Notes: generated from the sequence alone by a model not told the origin. 64,000 nucleotides of DNA from an uncultured Nitrososphaerales archaeon (GCA_963713605.1 CAVQMO010000003.1:224001-288000); one strand, 5' to 3'; counted from the stretch's first letter, positions 32,915 through 45,225 are shown. Made by a program: numbers and translations.

Positions 32915-33187
32915 ATGAAATATGGAGCGATAGCTGTATTCGGTGCAATTTTGCTCGTAATGGTTGCTATGTCTTTCATGTCTCCGCATATAATATTAGC
33001 AAGTAGCTATGAAAAGAGTCAGGTTCTATCACAAACCAACGAATGTGGTAATTATTGGTTTCCAGTGAATGTTATATGCTCCAATTTGAATTCCCAAGTT
33101 CAGGGTGACGAAAATAATGTTGCAATGACAACAGCAACCAATGAAAAAATTGAACCTGACACAAATTTTGGTCCGCCGTTTCCCTAG
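32915..33187 (+). CDS. Small secreted two-Cys peptide, divergent member B4
   Basis: NECGNYWFPVNVICSNLNSQVQGDENNV. Confidence 0.8.
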   Translation: MKYGAIAVFGAILLVMVAMSFMSPHIILASSYEKSQVLSQTNECGNYWFPVNVICSNLNSQVQGDENNVAMTTATNEKIEPDTNFGPPFP

Positions 33188-33408
33188 AAGTAGGTTAGCT
33201 ATAACCAGCTTGAATTATTAGTTCATATTTGGCCGGAGAGTGTTTGGCTATGCGTTAGTCTATTGGCTAGTTGGTCTAGTATAGAATTAGATTGTGAAGT
33301 TACCCTGAACTTCAACAGCTAAATTGGATATCACTCAATAGGCTTGATGGTGCTATTATATCTAATAATATTATTATATCTAACTAGATGGCTAGCTGAC
33401 AGAGAGTT

Positions 33409-34071
33409 CTATGTGTAAACCTCTCTTTGTCTATTAACTGATAACTCTGCAGCAGTTTCTCTTGCTGTGTTTGCGATGGTTTTTGCATTATCCACATTTA
33501 TTCTTGAAAGCTCTTTTGTATATCGTTGTGCTCGTTCGAATGCGTTTCCCAAAGCTTCAATATTTCCAAATAAGATGTCATTGCCTATTCTTACTGATGC
33601 TGAGAGGTTTTCAGCAATATTGTTGACTGACCTGACATATGTCTCTGCCGGTACTCTCGGAGAAAACCAGTAATCATGTAATCTATTAGCATTTTCATAA
33701 TACGGAGCTGCAGAGTTAATGAGCGAATCAACTACTGACTTTTGAGCTTCAATATAATCTTCTACCATTTTTCCAGTCGATTCTAATACTTGTTCTTGAT
33801 AGTGAGTAACTACAGTTGTGAATTGTGGAATTTGAGTTCTTGCTTCGTCTATTGATTTTCTTACATTCTCTTTTGTTTCATCTAATGATTTGTGAAATGT
33901 GCGTTGAAAATCTTGTACTGCTACTAGTTGTTGTTGTTGCTGTTGTCCAACTTTTTGTAGAGTTTGGGCTGCATCGTTTTTATCTCTTATACTTTTGGCT
34001 TCTTCAGCGACTCTTTGAGTGTCTTCAATAGCTTTAACTTGTTCTGTTTTGGACATATAAGATCTTCTCAC
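33409..34071 (-). CDS. Helical/coiled-coil protein, possibly phasin-like
   Basis: Amphipathic, Gln/Glu-rich helical composition; family call is tentative. Confidence 0.55.
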   Translation of the reverse strand: MRRSYMSKTEQVKAIEDTQRVAEEAKSIRDKNDAAQTLQKVGQQQQQQLVAVQDFQRTFHKSLDETKENVRKSIDEARTQIPQFTTVVTHYQEQVLESTGKMVEDYIEAQKSVVDSLINSAAPYYENANRLHDYWFSPRVPAETYVRSVNNIAENLSASVRIGNDILFGNIEALGNAFERAQRYTKELSRINVDNAKTIANTARETAAELSVNRQREVYT

Positions 34072-35024
34072 GATAGTTATATAAACACTGGCAATTTAAT
34101 GGAATTTGTCCCCATATTAGGTAACATCAGGCATATTGCGGGATTAATACGGCGTACGTTCTAATATTATCAGTTAATAGATGCGGTATCTGTAGCCTGG
34201 TTGGTCATAATGCATTAGATATATTCAACATCGAGATTGTTCTGTGATTCTTCAATAAATATCAATTCAGTCTTGCCATAAGAATGAATTCTTTCATCGG
34301 TGATCATGGGAATAAGATCAACAGGTAAAGAAACAAAAGCCGTATAACTAAATTTGTGCACACTGCATACCTAGGCTGTATCAAAATAATGAATAACTAA
34401 CTATTTCCATTCAAAATCCGCTTTTATCTCACGTTCCCAGTACATATCTTGTTTTTCTAAGCGGTAATACTTGATATCCTCGGGTCCGGGATAACCAGGT
34501 AAGTTTGGATGTCTGGTTACGATGTGGCGCCCCTATCCGTCGACTGAGCCAAAGTCTTTACTTTCACAATAGTAACGACATGGTGGAAAATTACTCGTAT
34601 TTACCATCTCTCGTTGTAACTAAAATAGCTTTTATAGAATTGCTTTTAATTTCACAATAAAGTCGTGCCTAAATAGCTTGGTCGTTATAGCATCACATAC
34701 GAGTCCGGGCGATACTGAGCATAATCAAATATGTACTATTTTGGAAATTCTTTACGACAATATACCTTCATTATATGTTCCAAGATTTGGAATACTGTAT
34801 TAGGCCATAGCTTAGTGCTTGATGGTAACAAAAGAGTAAGAGAGCTGACATGTGGAGGGTACTATATTTTACAATAAAAGAATAGGTAACTTAAATACAT
34901 CTATAAGATTTCTCAAAAAAATCTCAGGAAGTCATGTTGCGGATTCATAGAGTTAAGCACAAGATTCATATATTTAGAGGTAGATGGTAGTATGCCAAGG
35001 ATAAAAGGAACTAGTATTTAAGAC

Positions 35025-35500
35025 ATGTCAGATAAGAGAGACGAGTCTTCTGAAGAGGATGAGGCAGATCAAGATTCAGATAATCATCGAAGTCATGGAA
35101 ATCAGCAAGGAAGAGGAAACCCATCGACAGTCAATGAATCCTTAGAAAAAGCTTTCAAGATTAGGTGTAACACGTTAGATGAGGGTACGATGGCTTTTAT
35201 TCATTGGCTGAACTCTACTCATAAGAAGTCTACCATCGAAAATCCATTTGTCGTCAAAGACTTTCAGAATGATAAGTGTACAGTGTTATGGGATAGCTCA
35301 GTACAAGCAGAAGTGCATATTGATACAAAAGATGGAGGACCCGATGTGTCAGTATTGCAAGGCAGATGATTGTGCTCATGTTGGTTTCACAATATGTCTG
35401 GAGCAACTTCATGGTAGAGGTGAAACGTTGGAAAGCATTGAAGCTGAAACAGAGGATGAAAAGTACTGCCGTAAACAAAGAGAACCAAACCGCCACAGGT
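35025..35500 (+). CDS. Hypothetical protein with a C-terminal zinc-finger-like motif, frameshifted
   Basis: 35025 ORF continues in another frame as CQYCKADDCAHVGF (CxxC...CxH). Confidence 0.45.
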
Positions 35501-35512
35501 TTGAGCTATTGT

Positions 35513-36779
35513 CTATTCATCGGTCTTATCGCTTCCTATATATTCTTCTCCTAATCTTTCTTTTTTGAATGCATTAGCTACCCGCCAACCAAATTTTATG
35601 ATATAAGGCGTCATGAATGTTGTTATTACAGTCATTGTACCAACCATAGGTAACAGAAATGAACTTGTTACCCCAACATCCGAACCTCCTTTTGCTGCAA
35701 CAAGAGCTGAGCTCTCCTCCAGAAGAAGATAGGCCAAAACCAGTTCTTAAAGATGTAACAATGCTAAGGCCTTGAGATCTTGATGCAAGAAATACTGTGA
35801 AGAATTTTGAAGATATGGAGATTCCAACCAAGACTAATGCGGGTACTATGAATGCAGGTAGCAACGTAATATTCATTAAAGCTCCAACCGACACGAAGAA
35901 TAGTGCAGCGAACATATCCCTTATAGGACTGGCCAGCACTTTTGTAACAGAATGTACCTTTGATTCTGCAATCAACACGCCAGCAAAGAATGCGCCTGCA
36001 GCCACAGAAATGCCTACTTCAAACGCAATAAAGCATATGCCAAAGGTTACTCCTAGCATAGCTACCACTAATATATCATGTTGGTTCGTACTTCCCACGT
36101 AGTTAATGAATCGCGGTACGACTTTAGAACCAAGAAACAGAACTCCACCAATAAATGCCAATACCAGCCCAATTGACGTCGCTATCTCGAAGATCGATAC
36201 GTCACCCAGTGGGGAGGAGGCTACTGACTGCAGGATTGCAAGCATAGATATAATTATAATATCCTCGATAACTGCCACTCCAAGGATAAGTGTAGTCGCC
36301 TCATCTTGGATCATGTTCAATTCTTCTAGGATCCTCATAACGATTACCGTACTTGTTACTGAGATTGCTAGTGCTAAGAATAGACTATCGAACAACTGAT
36401 ATTGCAACACGGAATGACCTACCATAAACCCAATGACAAAAGTACCGAATGCCTCCGATGATGCAATAACAAAGGCCCTTTTTCCAATTTTGCGTAACTT
36501 CGCTATGGGAAATTCCATTCCCACAACAAAAAGTACCAATATGACTCCGATCTCTGCGAACAGGTTTAGTACCTCAGTGCTAGTTATTAGACTAAAAGGT
36601 GGTGTATATGGGCCAATAATCATTCCAGTGATGATGAAACCAATGACCATTGGTTGCTTGAGTTTATATGAGATCAAGGCCATGACAGATGCAATTATCA
36701 TAATGACCGTGAAATCCTGTACTACTTGACCTATCTCAATCACCATTACCGTAAAACCATATAAAAAAAAGCCAAGCAC
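35513..36779 (-). CDS. CPA2 (Kef-type) cation:proton antiporter, 3' frameshift
   Basis: LKQPMVIG, AEIGVILVLFVVGMEF, SVTSTVI, VIEDI, GAFFAG, RDMFAALFFVSVG. Confidence 0.9.
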
Positions 36780-37258
36780 CCGTTATAACAGTTTGGATAT
36801 TACTCCTGTCTAATCGCGTAACAAAAATAATTTATTCGGTCAATATATAATACATGAGTCGCCTTACCTGAATTGTTAAGGTCGATTTAAGCGCTTCAAA
36901 GATTGTTTGAATATTTCTTCAATATCTCAGAATTCAAATGTCCTCCTTTTGCTCGTTCGGTTTAATATAACCTGTCCGATTTGTTTCTTATTCCACCAGA
37001 TGAAATTGAATTGGATAGATCGGCGATCATGGCCACAAATGTGAGATTATTCTTGGTGCGCTCAACTGTGTGCTATATCTATAGTCCATTTTTGCTTCTT
37101 CCTTCCTCGCTTTCCACTTTCTGACACCTACTTTTCACATAAGCTCATAGCAAGGTCACTATTTCCAATTTGACTATTGCGTCGATATACGTATTTAGCG
37201 CTTAGGGAAATGTTGCAAGTTTGGAATACTATGTGCAGTATATCTAAGCTTCCAATAT

Positions 37259-38054
37259 CTAAGCTTCCATCTTGATCATAGATCTTGTAGCGATTAAAAA
37301 TACTGCAGATGAGAGCAAACCAAGTATTACCAGTTCAATATTGGTGAACGTAGTTACTTGTCCAAAAATTCCCGCTCTGGTAATATCAACTATGTAAGTT
37401 AACGGATTGACGTAGAAAGCGGCAGATAAGGGTTGAGGTAAACCCTCTGCAGGATAAAATGCTGAACTAACAAAAGCAAAGAATAGAAATAGACCGTTAC
37501 TAATTACATTATAGCCTTCACTACTCTTCATCCTAGTGGATAAAATTATTGTGAAAGAACCAAAGAATATTGACCCCGCTATTAGTGCGTATATGGTGTA
37601 GGGGATACTCCATAGTGTGACATTGATATCATGGAATATTGTTGGAAAACCAATTATCATAATAACTGCGGCACTGCCTAATCCAATTAGAATGAGTGTT
37701 ATAAGATTGGCAAAAACATATTGAATTTTATTAAATGGCATGACCAGTATTTGTTGAAACATGCCATTTCTCTTATCATTCCAGATGATTGCTCCAGCTG
37801 ATAGTACTCCCATTCATTACATTAAATCCTATCATACCAGCAGTCAGAAATGAAACATATGATACAGTCAACGATCCTATAGTGATGCCTTGATCTCCTA
37901 TTAAGGCAGAATACGCGTACCCTGCGACAAATATATAAACGACCGGAAAGGCTATTTGCCAAATCAAAAACATCTTATCGATCGCAGCAACAATGTTCCT
38001 GTACACTAGTAAAATGACACTGTATCCCACGATGTAGTCATTCATTGACTTCAT
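37259..38054 (-). CDS. ABC-2 type permease, frameshifted
   Basis: YVSFLTAGM, DKRNG.FQQILVMP, SSAFYP, NPLTY. Confidence 0.85.
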
Positions 38055-39147
38055 ATTCTATCGTTATCCCTCGAATTGTTTTCATCATTGACTATTGATA
38101 AGAATACTTCCTCCAATGATGGCGGATTTATAGAGATACTTTCTATATGCATACCATTCTTCGAAACGAGCTGTAAGATCTCAGAGATAACTTCTTCTGC
38201 GTTATTAACTGTAATTGTAACTGCATTTAGATTTGTTTCATTTATATCGATATGGGAAGTAATATTAGTAGTATTATTCCTACGTCTTTGGTCATCATCA
38301 TTATTCTCACTCCTCATAATTATATTCTTTAGTAGATCAACAAAGGATTGACTGAGTACCTCTTTGAAGGTAATTTCAATAATCTTGTTTGCTCCACCAT
38401 ATTTCTGTTTTAGCCCTGTTGGAGTATCAAAAGCAATTATTCTTCCATTATCTATTATAGCAATTTCATCACACAAATATTCTGCTTCCTCCATTACGTG
38501 GGTAGTAAAGAAAACCGTTAGACCAGACTTTACGTGTTTCTTAATATAGTCCAAAAGCATACGTCTCGCAGAAGGATCCAATCCTACTGTAGGTTCATCG
38601 AGAAATAGAAGATCCATATCCTCTTCATGCATGAATTCTCTTGCAAGCTGCACTCTTCTTCTCTGACCTATAGAGAGCTCATCATTCTTGGAATTTCTGA
38701 TAGATTCAAGGTCAAAAGTGCTCAATATTTCATTCACTTTATCCTTTCTTACTTTGCTATTATGCAATCCCCATAATAGACCATATAGGTCAAGGGCCCT
38801 TTCTACTGTTAGATTCGCCTCAAAACTAGGGTTCTGTGACACAACTCCTATCTTTCTCTTGATTTCAGACTGTTTTTTAATTATGTCTTTACCAAAGATG
38901 AATACACCCCCAGACGTGGGACTAAGAAGAGTCGTAAGGATCTTAAGGGTTGTAGTCTTTCCAGCTCCATTTGGACCAAGAAATCCAAATACTGTACCAT
39001 ACTTTACGTCGAATGAAATGCCATCAAGGGTAAACGCATTAGTCTTACCATATTGCTTTTTAAGATTAGTGACTGAAATACAGGGTCCATTTCGATCTCC
39101 GATTCGATGAAGGTGCTTGATTGCTAATTCGATTGTTTAACATTCAT
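38051..39147 (-). CDS. ABC exporter ATP-binding subunit (start uncertain)
   Basis: GFLGPNGAGKTT lies upstream of the listed ORF; LSIGQRRR, LFLDEPTVGLDP, TTH. Confidence 0.9.
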
Positions 39148-39557
39148 TGCCACCAAATTATCATACTACTATGTCACAGTGTGTGTGTACATGTCGTTGA
39201 CCCTTAAATGATAATATATAAAGTATAGTTTATAAATATGCAAGGGAGTAAATAGATGAATAGAGTTCCTGTATTTAAACATAACTGACTGGTCAGTCAT
39301 CAAATTTTAATATCGGATTAGTTATTCTCACTATGAACTTTCAGAGCAATCCATCTTCTTCCTTATTGCTTATATAGTTGGATTTCGCCCGATTCAAATG
39401 ACGAATAATCTGCTTGTCTCGTTTACGAATTATGAGTTCCGAGCTCTGGAGCGGCTCTCAGTTTAATCAAACACGATTGTAAAGTGGGTCACCCAAAACA
39501 TAGGATTTCAATCTATGCTTATCAATCTATACTTATTAGCCTAGTCAAACCAAAATT

Positions 39558-39866
39558 ATGGAGTTAATGCTCGACCCTAATGCTAAGCGGATATTTTGGT
39601 ACCTCTTTGCTGGCTCTAGGGGAGGTAATAATAGAATCAAGATTATTGAATTGCTTGAAGAACATCCGCATAACATAAATCAGCTTGCTGAAACCCTCAA
39701 GCTTGATTACAAAGCGATTCAACACCACATTTCAGTACTTGAGAAGAATAATATGGTTAGTAAAGTAGGGGAAAAATACGGAGTGTCATATTTCATTTCT
39801 GAATATCTTGAATCAAACATTACAGCCTTTGATCAATTAGCATCTCAAATAAAAAAAAGAGTATAA
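39558..39866 (+). CDS. ArsR-family winged-helix regulator
   Basis: GSRGG.NR.KII..L...P.NINQLA..L.LDYKAIQHH. Confidence 0.85.
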   Translation: MELMLDPNAKRIFWYLFAGSRGGNNRIKIIELLEEHPHNINQLAETLKLDYKAIQHHISVLEKNNMVSKVGEKYGVSYFISEYLESNITAFDQLASQIKKRV

Positions 39867-39974
39867 AATAAGGATATATCCGTTATTCATATAATCCGGT
39901 GTTTATTTTCTTAGATCTGGAACAAATATAGACAAAAGTAAATAAGAGAATTACCGTATTTTGGTGCTGTTAGG

Positions 39975-40259
39975 TTGGATGCTCTGATCATCGCTAATGC
40001 AATTGTAGCTTCAGCGAATATTGCTGTCCTAATAGCATTATTTGTACTATATGCAAAAGTCTACAAAAGTAGCAAGGCTAATTTTACTATTGGCCTAATC
40101 CTATTTGCTAGCCTGTTGATGTTACACAACATAATTGCTTTATATGGTTACTTTATAATGGAGCCGCTTTATGCTCCCACATTAATCCCATATTTTTTGG
40201 CCATACATGTAGCGGAACTGGGTGGACTACTAGTATTATTTAGAATCACGCTTTTGTAG
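39975..40259 (+). CDS. Small three-TM membrane protein
   Basis: Three hydrophobic segments; co-oriented with the wHTH gene. Confidence 0.7.
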   Translation: MDALIIANAIVASANIAVLIALFVLYAKVYKSSKANFTIGLILFASLLMLHNIIALYGYFIMEPLYAPTLIPYFLAIHVAELGGLLVLFRITLL

Positions 40260-40330
40260 ATGATATGGCCCATATTCATGAAGTGAGCTCGAATCTGAAT
40301 GCAGTTTGCAAGATGATGTAAACATTTAAA

Positions 40331-41404
40331 TCAATTTCTTGTAACTGCTTCGTTCTTGCTATAGATGGTACCTGCTTGAATAACTGAATTAAGTGGAACG
40401 TACCTCCCTGGTAATATGATGACTGCTGCACCCACAGCAGCATTGTCTCCAACAAGTGCTCCAAAGTGATTCCTTCCTATATCCATAAACTTTCCCATGC
40501 TTATTTCATATCTGATATTTCTTCTGTCCAACAGGACGTTGGCAGTTCCAGAAAATCCTCCAAACCATACGTTCTTGCCAATGACGCTGTCAAGAATTAC
40601 ATTCTGATGTGATATTTTATCATGACCCTTAAAATATGATTTCGCAATTTCACAGTTAAATCCTATCTTAACATTATTCTCAAATACGCAATTACGTATC
40701 AGAGAGCTCATGCCAATGAAGCTGCCCTTACCGATGTAACTTGCTCCCTTTATCTTACAAAAGTCATCTATAATGACATCATCTTCTATTATGCATGGAT
40801 CCTCGATAATACTAGTTTTTGCCACTGATGCTGTTGGAGAAATTACCCTCTTCTTTACAAAATTGCACATTATTTTCTGAATGACGTCGAGAAATTCCCA
40901 AGGATATGTTATGACGGTAAGTAAAAGTTCTTTTACATTTTCTGACGGATAAATGATAGAGTTGAGAGGAACAAGATAGGAAGAATTGTCAACTGTAGTA
41001 GGTTCATGTTCATAGAGTCTTGTACTGTAAGCCATACTATAGTTGGTGGTCTGTTTGACGTTAAAGCTGTTACTATTGATAGAGAAAGTCTTTGTTCCTG
41101 CGGGTGATTGGTTGACCAATCTTGTCTCTGTACTTTGAAACACACTCGCCTCAAATAGTTCATTTTCATCGTAAGTATCTACTTCAAATTCAGGTGCCAT
41201 ACTCCTTACCAACGTCTTTAAATAAGGCATTGTCTTGGGAACTGCTACATTTTGAATACTGACAATTCGCGATAATAAACGGATATTTCGTACTATGATT
41301 GGTTCGCCCATGAAGCTCAAAGAGGAAATGCATCCATGGGCTCCCCAATCCCCATCCATTACGGGACGCATAAAATGATAAGTATTATAGAGAATTATTT
41401 TCAC
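40331..41404 (-). CDS. Sugar-phosphate transferase-like protein with a left-handed beta-helix (GlmU/GCD1-like)
   Basis: Hexapeptide repeats, YPWEFL, GALVGDN; degenerate N-terminal nucleotidyltransferase region. Confidence 0.75.
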   Translation of the reverse strand: MKIILYNTYHFMRPVMDGDWGAHGCISSLSFMGEPIIVRNIRLLSRIVSIQNVAVPKTMPYLKTLVRSMAPEFEVDTYDENELFEASVFQSTETRLVNQSPAGTKTFSINSNSFNVKQTTNYSMAYSTRLYEHEPTTVDNSSYLVPLNSIIYPSENVKELLLTVITYPWEFLDVIQKIMCNFVKKRVISPTASVAKTSIIEDPCIIEDDVIIDDFCKIKGASYIGKGSFIGMSSLIRNCVFENNVKIGFNCEIAKSYFKGHDKISHQNVILDSVIGKNVWFGGFSGTANVLLDRRNIRYEISMGKFMDIGRNHFGALVGDNAAVGAAVIILPGRYVPLNSVIQAGTIYSKNEAVTRN

Positions 41405-42270
41405 ATTGTTAACCTATATCAGCCAAGAATGCCAGCTATATATTGATGACACAATAATGTACCTAAACCTACCATGACAATAATGTACCTAACATTAGGC
41501 CTATGTGATTTAAGGGTAGAAAGACTTCTGTATATAACTATATTTCAAAAATAAATTTCTAGAATTTTTGAAATACTAGTTTGATAACCTGTTCAGGCTA
41601 ATGAAAGTGTCAAGATGCTAAGAGTGGGGAGCAAGCAGTTAAAACAAACAGACAGTAATTCCTTTGAATTTCTTAAGAAGATGATTTCGTTAGACTTAAA
41701 ATTCTTGTATTCAATTTCACAATCAATCTTATCTGGGCTATCAGGAGAAGGCAATTCGTCGTATACTTCTTCCTCAATAAGCCGCCTTTTGTTTCTTGGA
41801 TTCACACTCATTGATACAATTTATAACAAAATGCCCTATATAAGGAATTAGATTGATTTTCATGATTTCTGCATATATAATTTCGTGCTTTAATAATGGC
41901 CTAAAAGAAACCAATGACATATCATTTTCATCCTTTCACATACCCAATTTGAATTGAGATATCGTTCTCGTTTTCATCCAAGCGTAAAGGTATATAGTTG
42001 GAATCTCTTACCTCTTACGTCAACAATAACAACATATTGTCCATATTCATTACTATTAATAAGATTATGAAGTCTTTGACCGTTAACCAGATTATGTGCT
42101 ATACATAAGAGTTTAAATCGCTAATGAATAATCATTTTCAGTTACTCTGATATGAAATAGATTTCTAACGCTAAATAAAATTTAGGGCCATTTACATATG
42201 TTCTCCAGGCCTACAGCAAATTTTAGTCTAATTCGAAACAATTTAAATATGTAATTGTGTCATAATATTT

Positions 42271-42744
42271 ATGTCAAAGATTTTAAATGCCAGTCCAGGT
42301 TTTGGTGCACCTCTTAGTGAGCAAGAGACTAAGGATTTCTTAAATTCTAAGATATTGAATGTGCATCTTGGCACAGTTGATGAGAATGGTCATGCAAATA
42401 TTCATCCTGCATGGTACTATTACGACTCTTCTAAGGACAAGATATACGTAGAAACAGGAAGTCAATCAAAGAAAATAAACAATCTAAAAAGAAATGATAT
42501 GGTTTATTTTTGCATCGACGATCAAAACCCTCCGTACAAAGGTGTACGCGGAAAGGGAACTGTAAAGATTTATGAAGATATAGACTTTAATGTTCCAGTT
42601 GCAGAGAAGATACATATAAGATATTTAGGAAGCCTAGAGAATCCTATTTCACAAGCGCTCATAAATGCAATAAGGAATGGTCAATCAGTTGTCTTGGAAA
42701 TTAGCCCAAAATATTACTCAACTTGGGATTACAGTAAAATGTAA
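42271..42744 (+). CDS. Pyridoxamine 5'-phosphate oxidase-like (split barrel) flavin/F420-binding protein
   Basis: LGTVDENG...P.WY...SKK..NL...V.FCID...YKGVRGKG. Confidence 0.85.
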   Translation: MSKILNASPGFGAPLSEQETKDFLNSKILNVHLGTVDENGHANIHPAWYYYDSSKDKIYVETGSQSKKINNLKRNDMVYFCIDDQNPPYKGVRGKGTVKIYEDIDFNVPVAEKIHIRYLGSLENPISQALINAIRNGQSVVLEISPKYYSTWDYSKM

Positions 42745-43158
42745 AATGATCATGCAAATCAAATTTTTAGTTAATTCCTATTCCGAACGTATGGTTATCA
42801 GCTATCGGTTATCGGTTAGTGTTTATTAGTTATTAAACGGTTTCTGTGTTTACTGGCTGAAACAGTCAGGACCGTGTTACCTACTGTTAAGTTACACTAG
42901 GTAACTTGAGGAACTAGATAACACGTTTGCAATTCCAATAACATGTATGGAGTTATACCAGATGCGTTGAGATACGGAATATAAGCCTCATTCAAGATAC
43001 AAATTCGAGTTTGATTTGTTGATCTACCATATCTGCCACTTTCTTATCTTCCTACCTGCCGAACCTTCTTATTCCTAAGATAGAAATTGGATATATAATT
43101 TGTCTTTAATGTTGAATGCAAGTTACTATAAGCAACAAGCGTATCTCACATTCAACAC

Positions 43159-43425
43159 TTACCAGTAGGCACTTTCAGATTCAAGATCAGAATCAGTATT
43201 GCTTCTCTTGGAAATATATTCATTTATTTTCTTAAGACCCTTAAATGTTCCCTCAATTGCGAAAAGCGAAGGGGCATTGGTTGTGGGAAGTTCACCACAA
43301 CAGCTATCTTCAAATTTCTTGATATCGTATTCTACATACTCAATACCTGATAATTTCAAGAGATCAACTGCCTTTAGAGAATCGTCGGACTCGTCTATGA
43401 GTAACACTGGCTTGCGTTTGGACAC
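43159..43425 (-). CDS. Glutaredoxin-like small protein
   Basis: LL...GIEYVEYDI...APSLF...G.F.GL..I pattern; no CxxC. Confidence 0.55.
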   Translation of the reverse strand: MSKRKPVLLIDESDDSLKAVDLLKLSGIEYVEYDIKKFEDSCCGELPTTNAPSLFAIEGTFKGLKKINEYISKRSNTDSDLESESAYW

Positions 43426-44037
43426 AAGAAATTATAGTTAAGCAGAGATAAATACATAATCATTTCGTTCATTGAAATAATTCCAAGGTGAGTCACTGAG
43501 TCTTCGTAGTCAAGGTAATTACTACAAGACGATCATAAATATTTCTGTCAAAATTTTTAGCCCTTCTCATATTGCACTTATTTGAATGACTTTTTGAAAT
43601 AAATGTTTCAGATTTTGATCAGGTGGGCGGAAACAAGATTATCTACTCTATCAGCAAGCCTCTTATAATCCATATCAATGTAGCCCCCTCTCTGAGTCAT
43701 TGAGTATGTATAACAACCAAATCATCGGGCTCTAGTTAAATTGAAGAATTCTGATCCAGAATATAGCTAACCAAAATGTGATTTATAACAGGTTGGTTGC
43801 CAAAAAACTAAAAGAGAGCCAATGGCAATATTACATTTACATTTATGATTGTCTTCTTAATAATTCTCATCATGTATTTTCACAATTTCAACATCTAATA
43901 TTCTCGTAAATAGTACATACATTGAATAGTGAATAAGTATGCATAAAGATAGAAGTGTCTTTATATGAAGAGATAAGGCAAGGGCACAACTAGAGCAACA
44001 GTTCGCAATAAAAGTGAATACTTCTAGATGGTCGATT

Positions 44038-44826
44038 TTAACCAGCGATGATTGTTTCAGTTCCGATGATTTCTTCACAATCCCCTGCATTATCATCATT
44101 CTCTGTTACATTGAAGTCTATTACCACATCTGTTCCTTCACCACAATCAAAGTAATCAGCTCCAGCACTGCCGATTAGAATATCGTCTCCCTCACTACCA
44201 TACAATTTATCATTACCCTCATCTCCAACCAAATAGTCATCATCAAGTCCTCCTACTATTACGTCATTGTCTTCTCTGCCGAAGATCTGGTCACTTCCAA
44301 TCCCTCCTTGGAGTATATCATTTCCTGCATCGCCATATGATTTGTCAGAGTCTTCGTTTCCTTGGATTTTGTCGTTCCCTCCTTCGCCATTTATCGTATC
44401 GGTACCCAAAAGGCCAATAATTATGTCATTCCCACTAGTACCAGAAATACGGTCACCTCCGAAGGATCCGGTGATGAGATTTTCTTGAGAAGTATTATTG
44501 TCATTACTATTATCTTGCACTAATGATGAAGTAGAAGTGGGTGATGTATCCACATTGTCATTTTCTGTTTCAGAACCAGATTCTATCACCCTCCCTGAAG
44601 ACGATGAAGTTGATGACGCCGAGGAGGGAGTGGATACCCTTTGTCCCTCTTGTGATGATGGTCCTGAAGATGATTGTTGCTGTTGTTCTTGTTGAACCTG
44701 CGCATGAATTGGCCATGCTAATGCCATTATGCTCAGGGGCATCAATATCACTACTATTGCCAATATCACAAATATATTAACTGTAACAAAAGAATGGCCC
44801 AACCCATTATCAATTATATTCTTCAT
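44038..44826 (-). CDS. Secreted RTX/hemolysin-type Ca-binding repeat protein
   Basis: Repeated GGxGxDxLx nonapeptides, FDCGEGTD; signal peptide. Confidence 0.85.
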   Translation of the reverse strand: MKNIIDNGLGHSFVTVNIFVILAIVVILMPLSIMALAWPIHAQVQQEQQQQSSSGPSSQEGQRVSTPSSASSTSSSSGRVIESGSETENDNVDTSPTSTSSLVQDNSNDNNTSQENLITGSFGGDRISGTSGNDIIIGLLGTDTINGEGGNDKIQGNEDSDKSYGDAGNDILQGGIGSDQIFGREDNDVIVGGLDDDYLVGDEGNDKLYGSEGDDILIGSAGADYFDCGEGTDVVIDFNVTENDDNAGDCEEIIGTETIIAG

Positions 44827-45225
44827 CCCTCATATAGTAACAAAAGAACAGATATATAACATATTACTGTCCCAATTTGGTGCATTGGACACTGTAAACA
44901 CCAAGTATAATGTGCTTCTACATAACAATAGTTTTTAAGTTCTTGAATACTAACATTAACAAGAATTATCTACATGATTGGATGACGATTATAGTTATAA
45001 CTTGTCCTAGACTTCAGTCATGTTTCGCTCTTTCTGCCGATTTAATTGACAATTTATTAATCTTCAATACGGTAATTGCCGAAATTAGTATGTCATATAA
45101 ATTCCAAAAAACACTCCGTTGAAAAGTATCTATATAGATAACATACATTCACTTTTTATCTGCAAGAAAATCCATTATCAATTGTAAAAATAGATAAATA
45201 TAATATCGAACCTTATGTAATTGAA

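Noticed and set aside
31504..33187. RiPP/bacteriocin biosynthetic cluster
   Set aside because: No modifying enzyme, dedicated peptidase or adjacent exporter; Sec-type signal peptides and conserved rather than variable cores
34200..34610. Gene fragment with a C/H motif (PPCRYYC...RHIVTRHP) on the minus strand
   Set aside because: Broken frames and no confident family assignment
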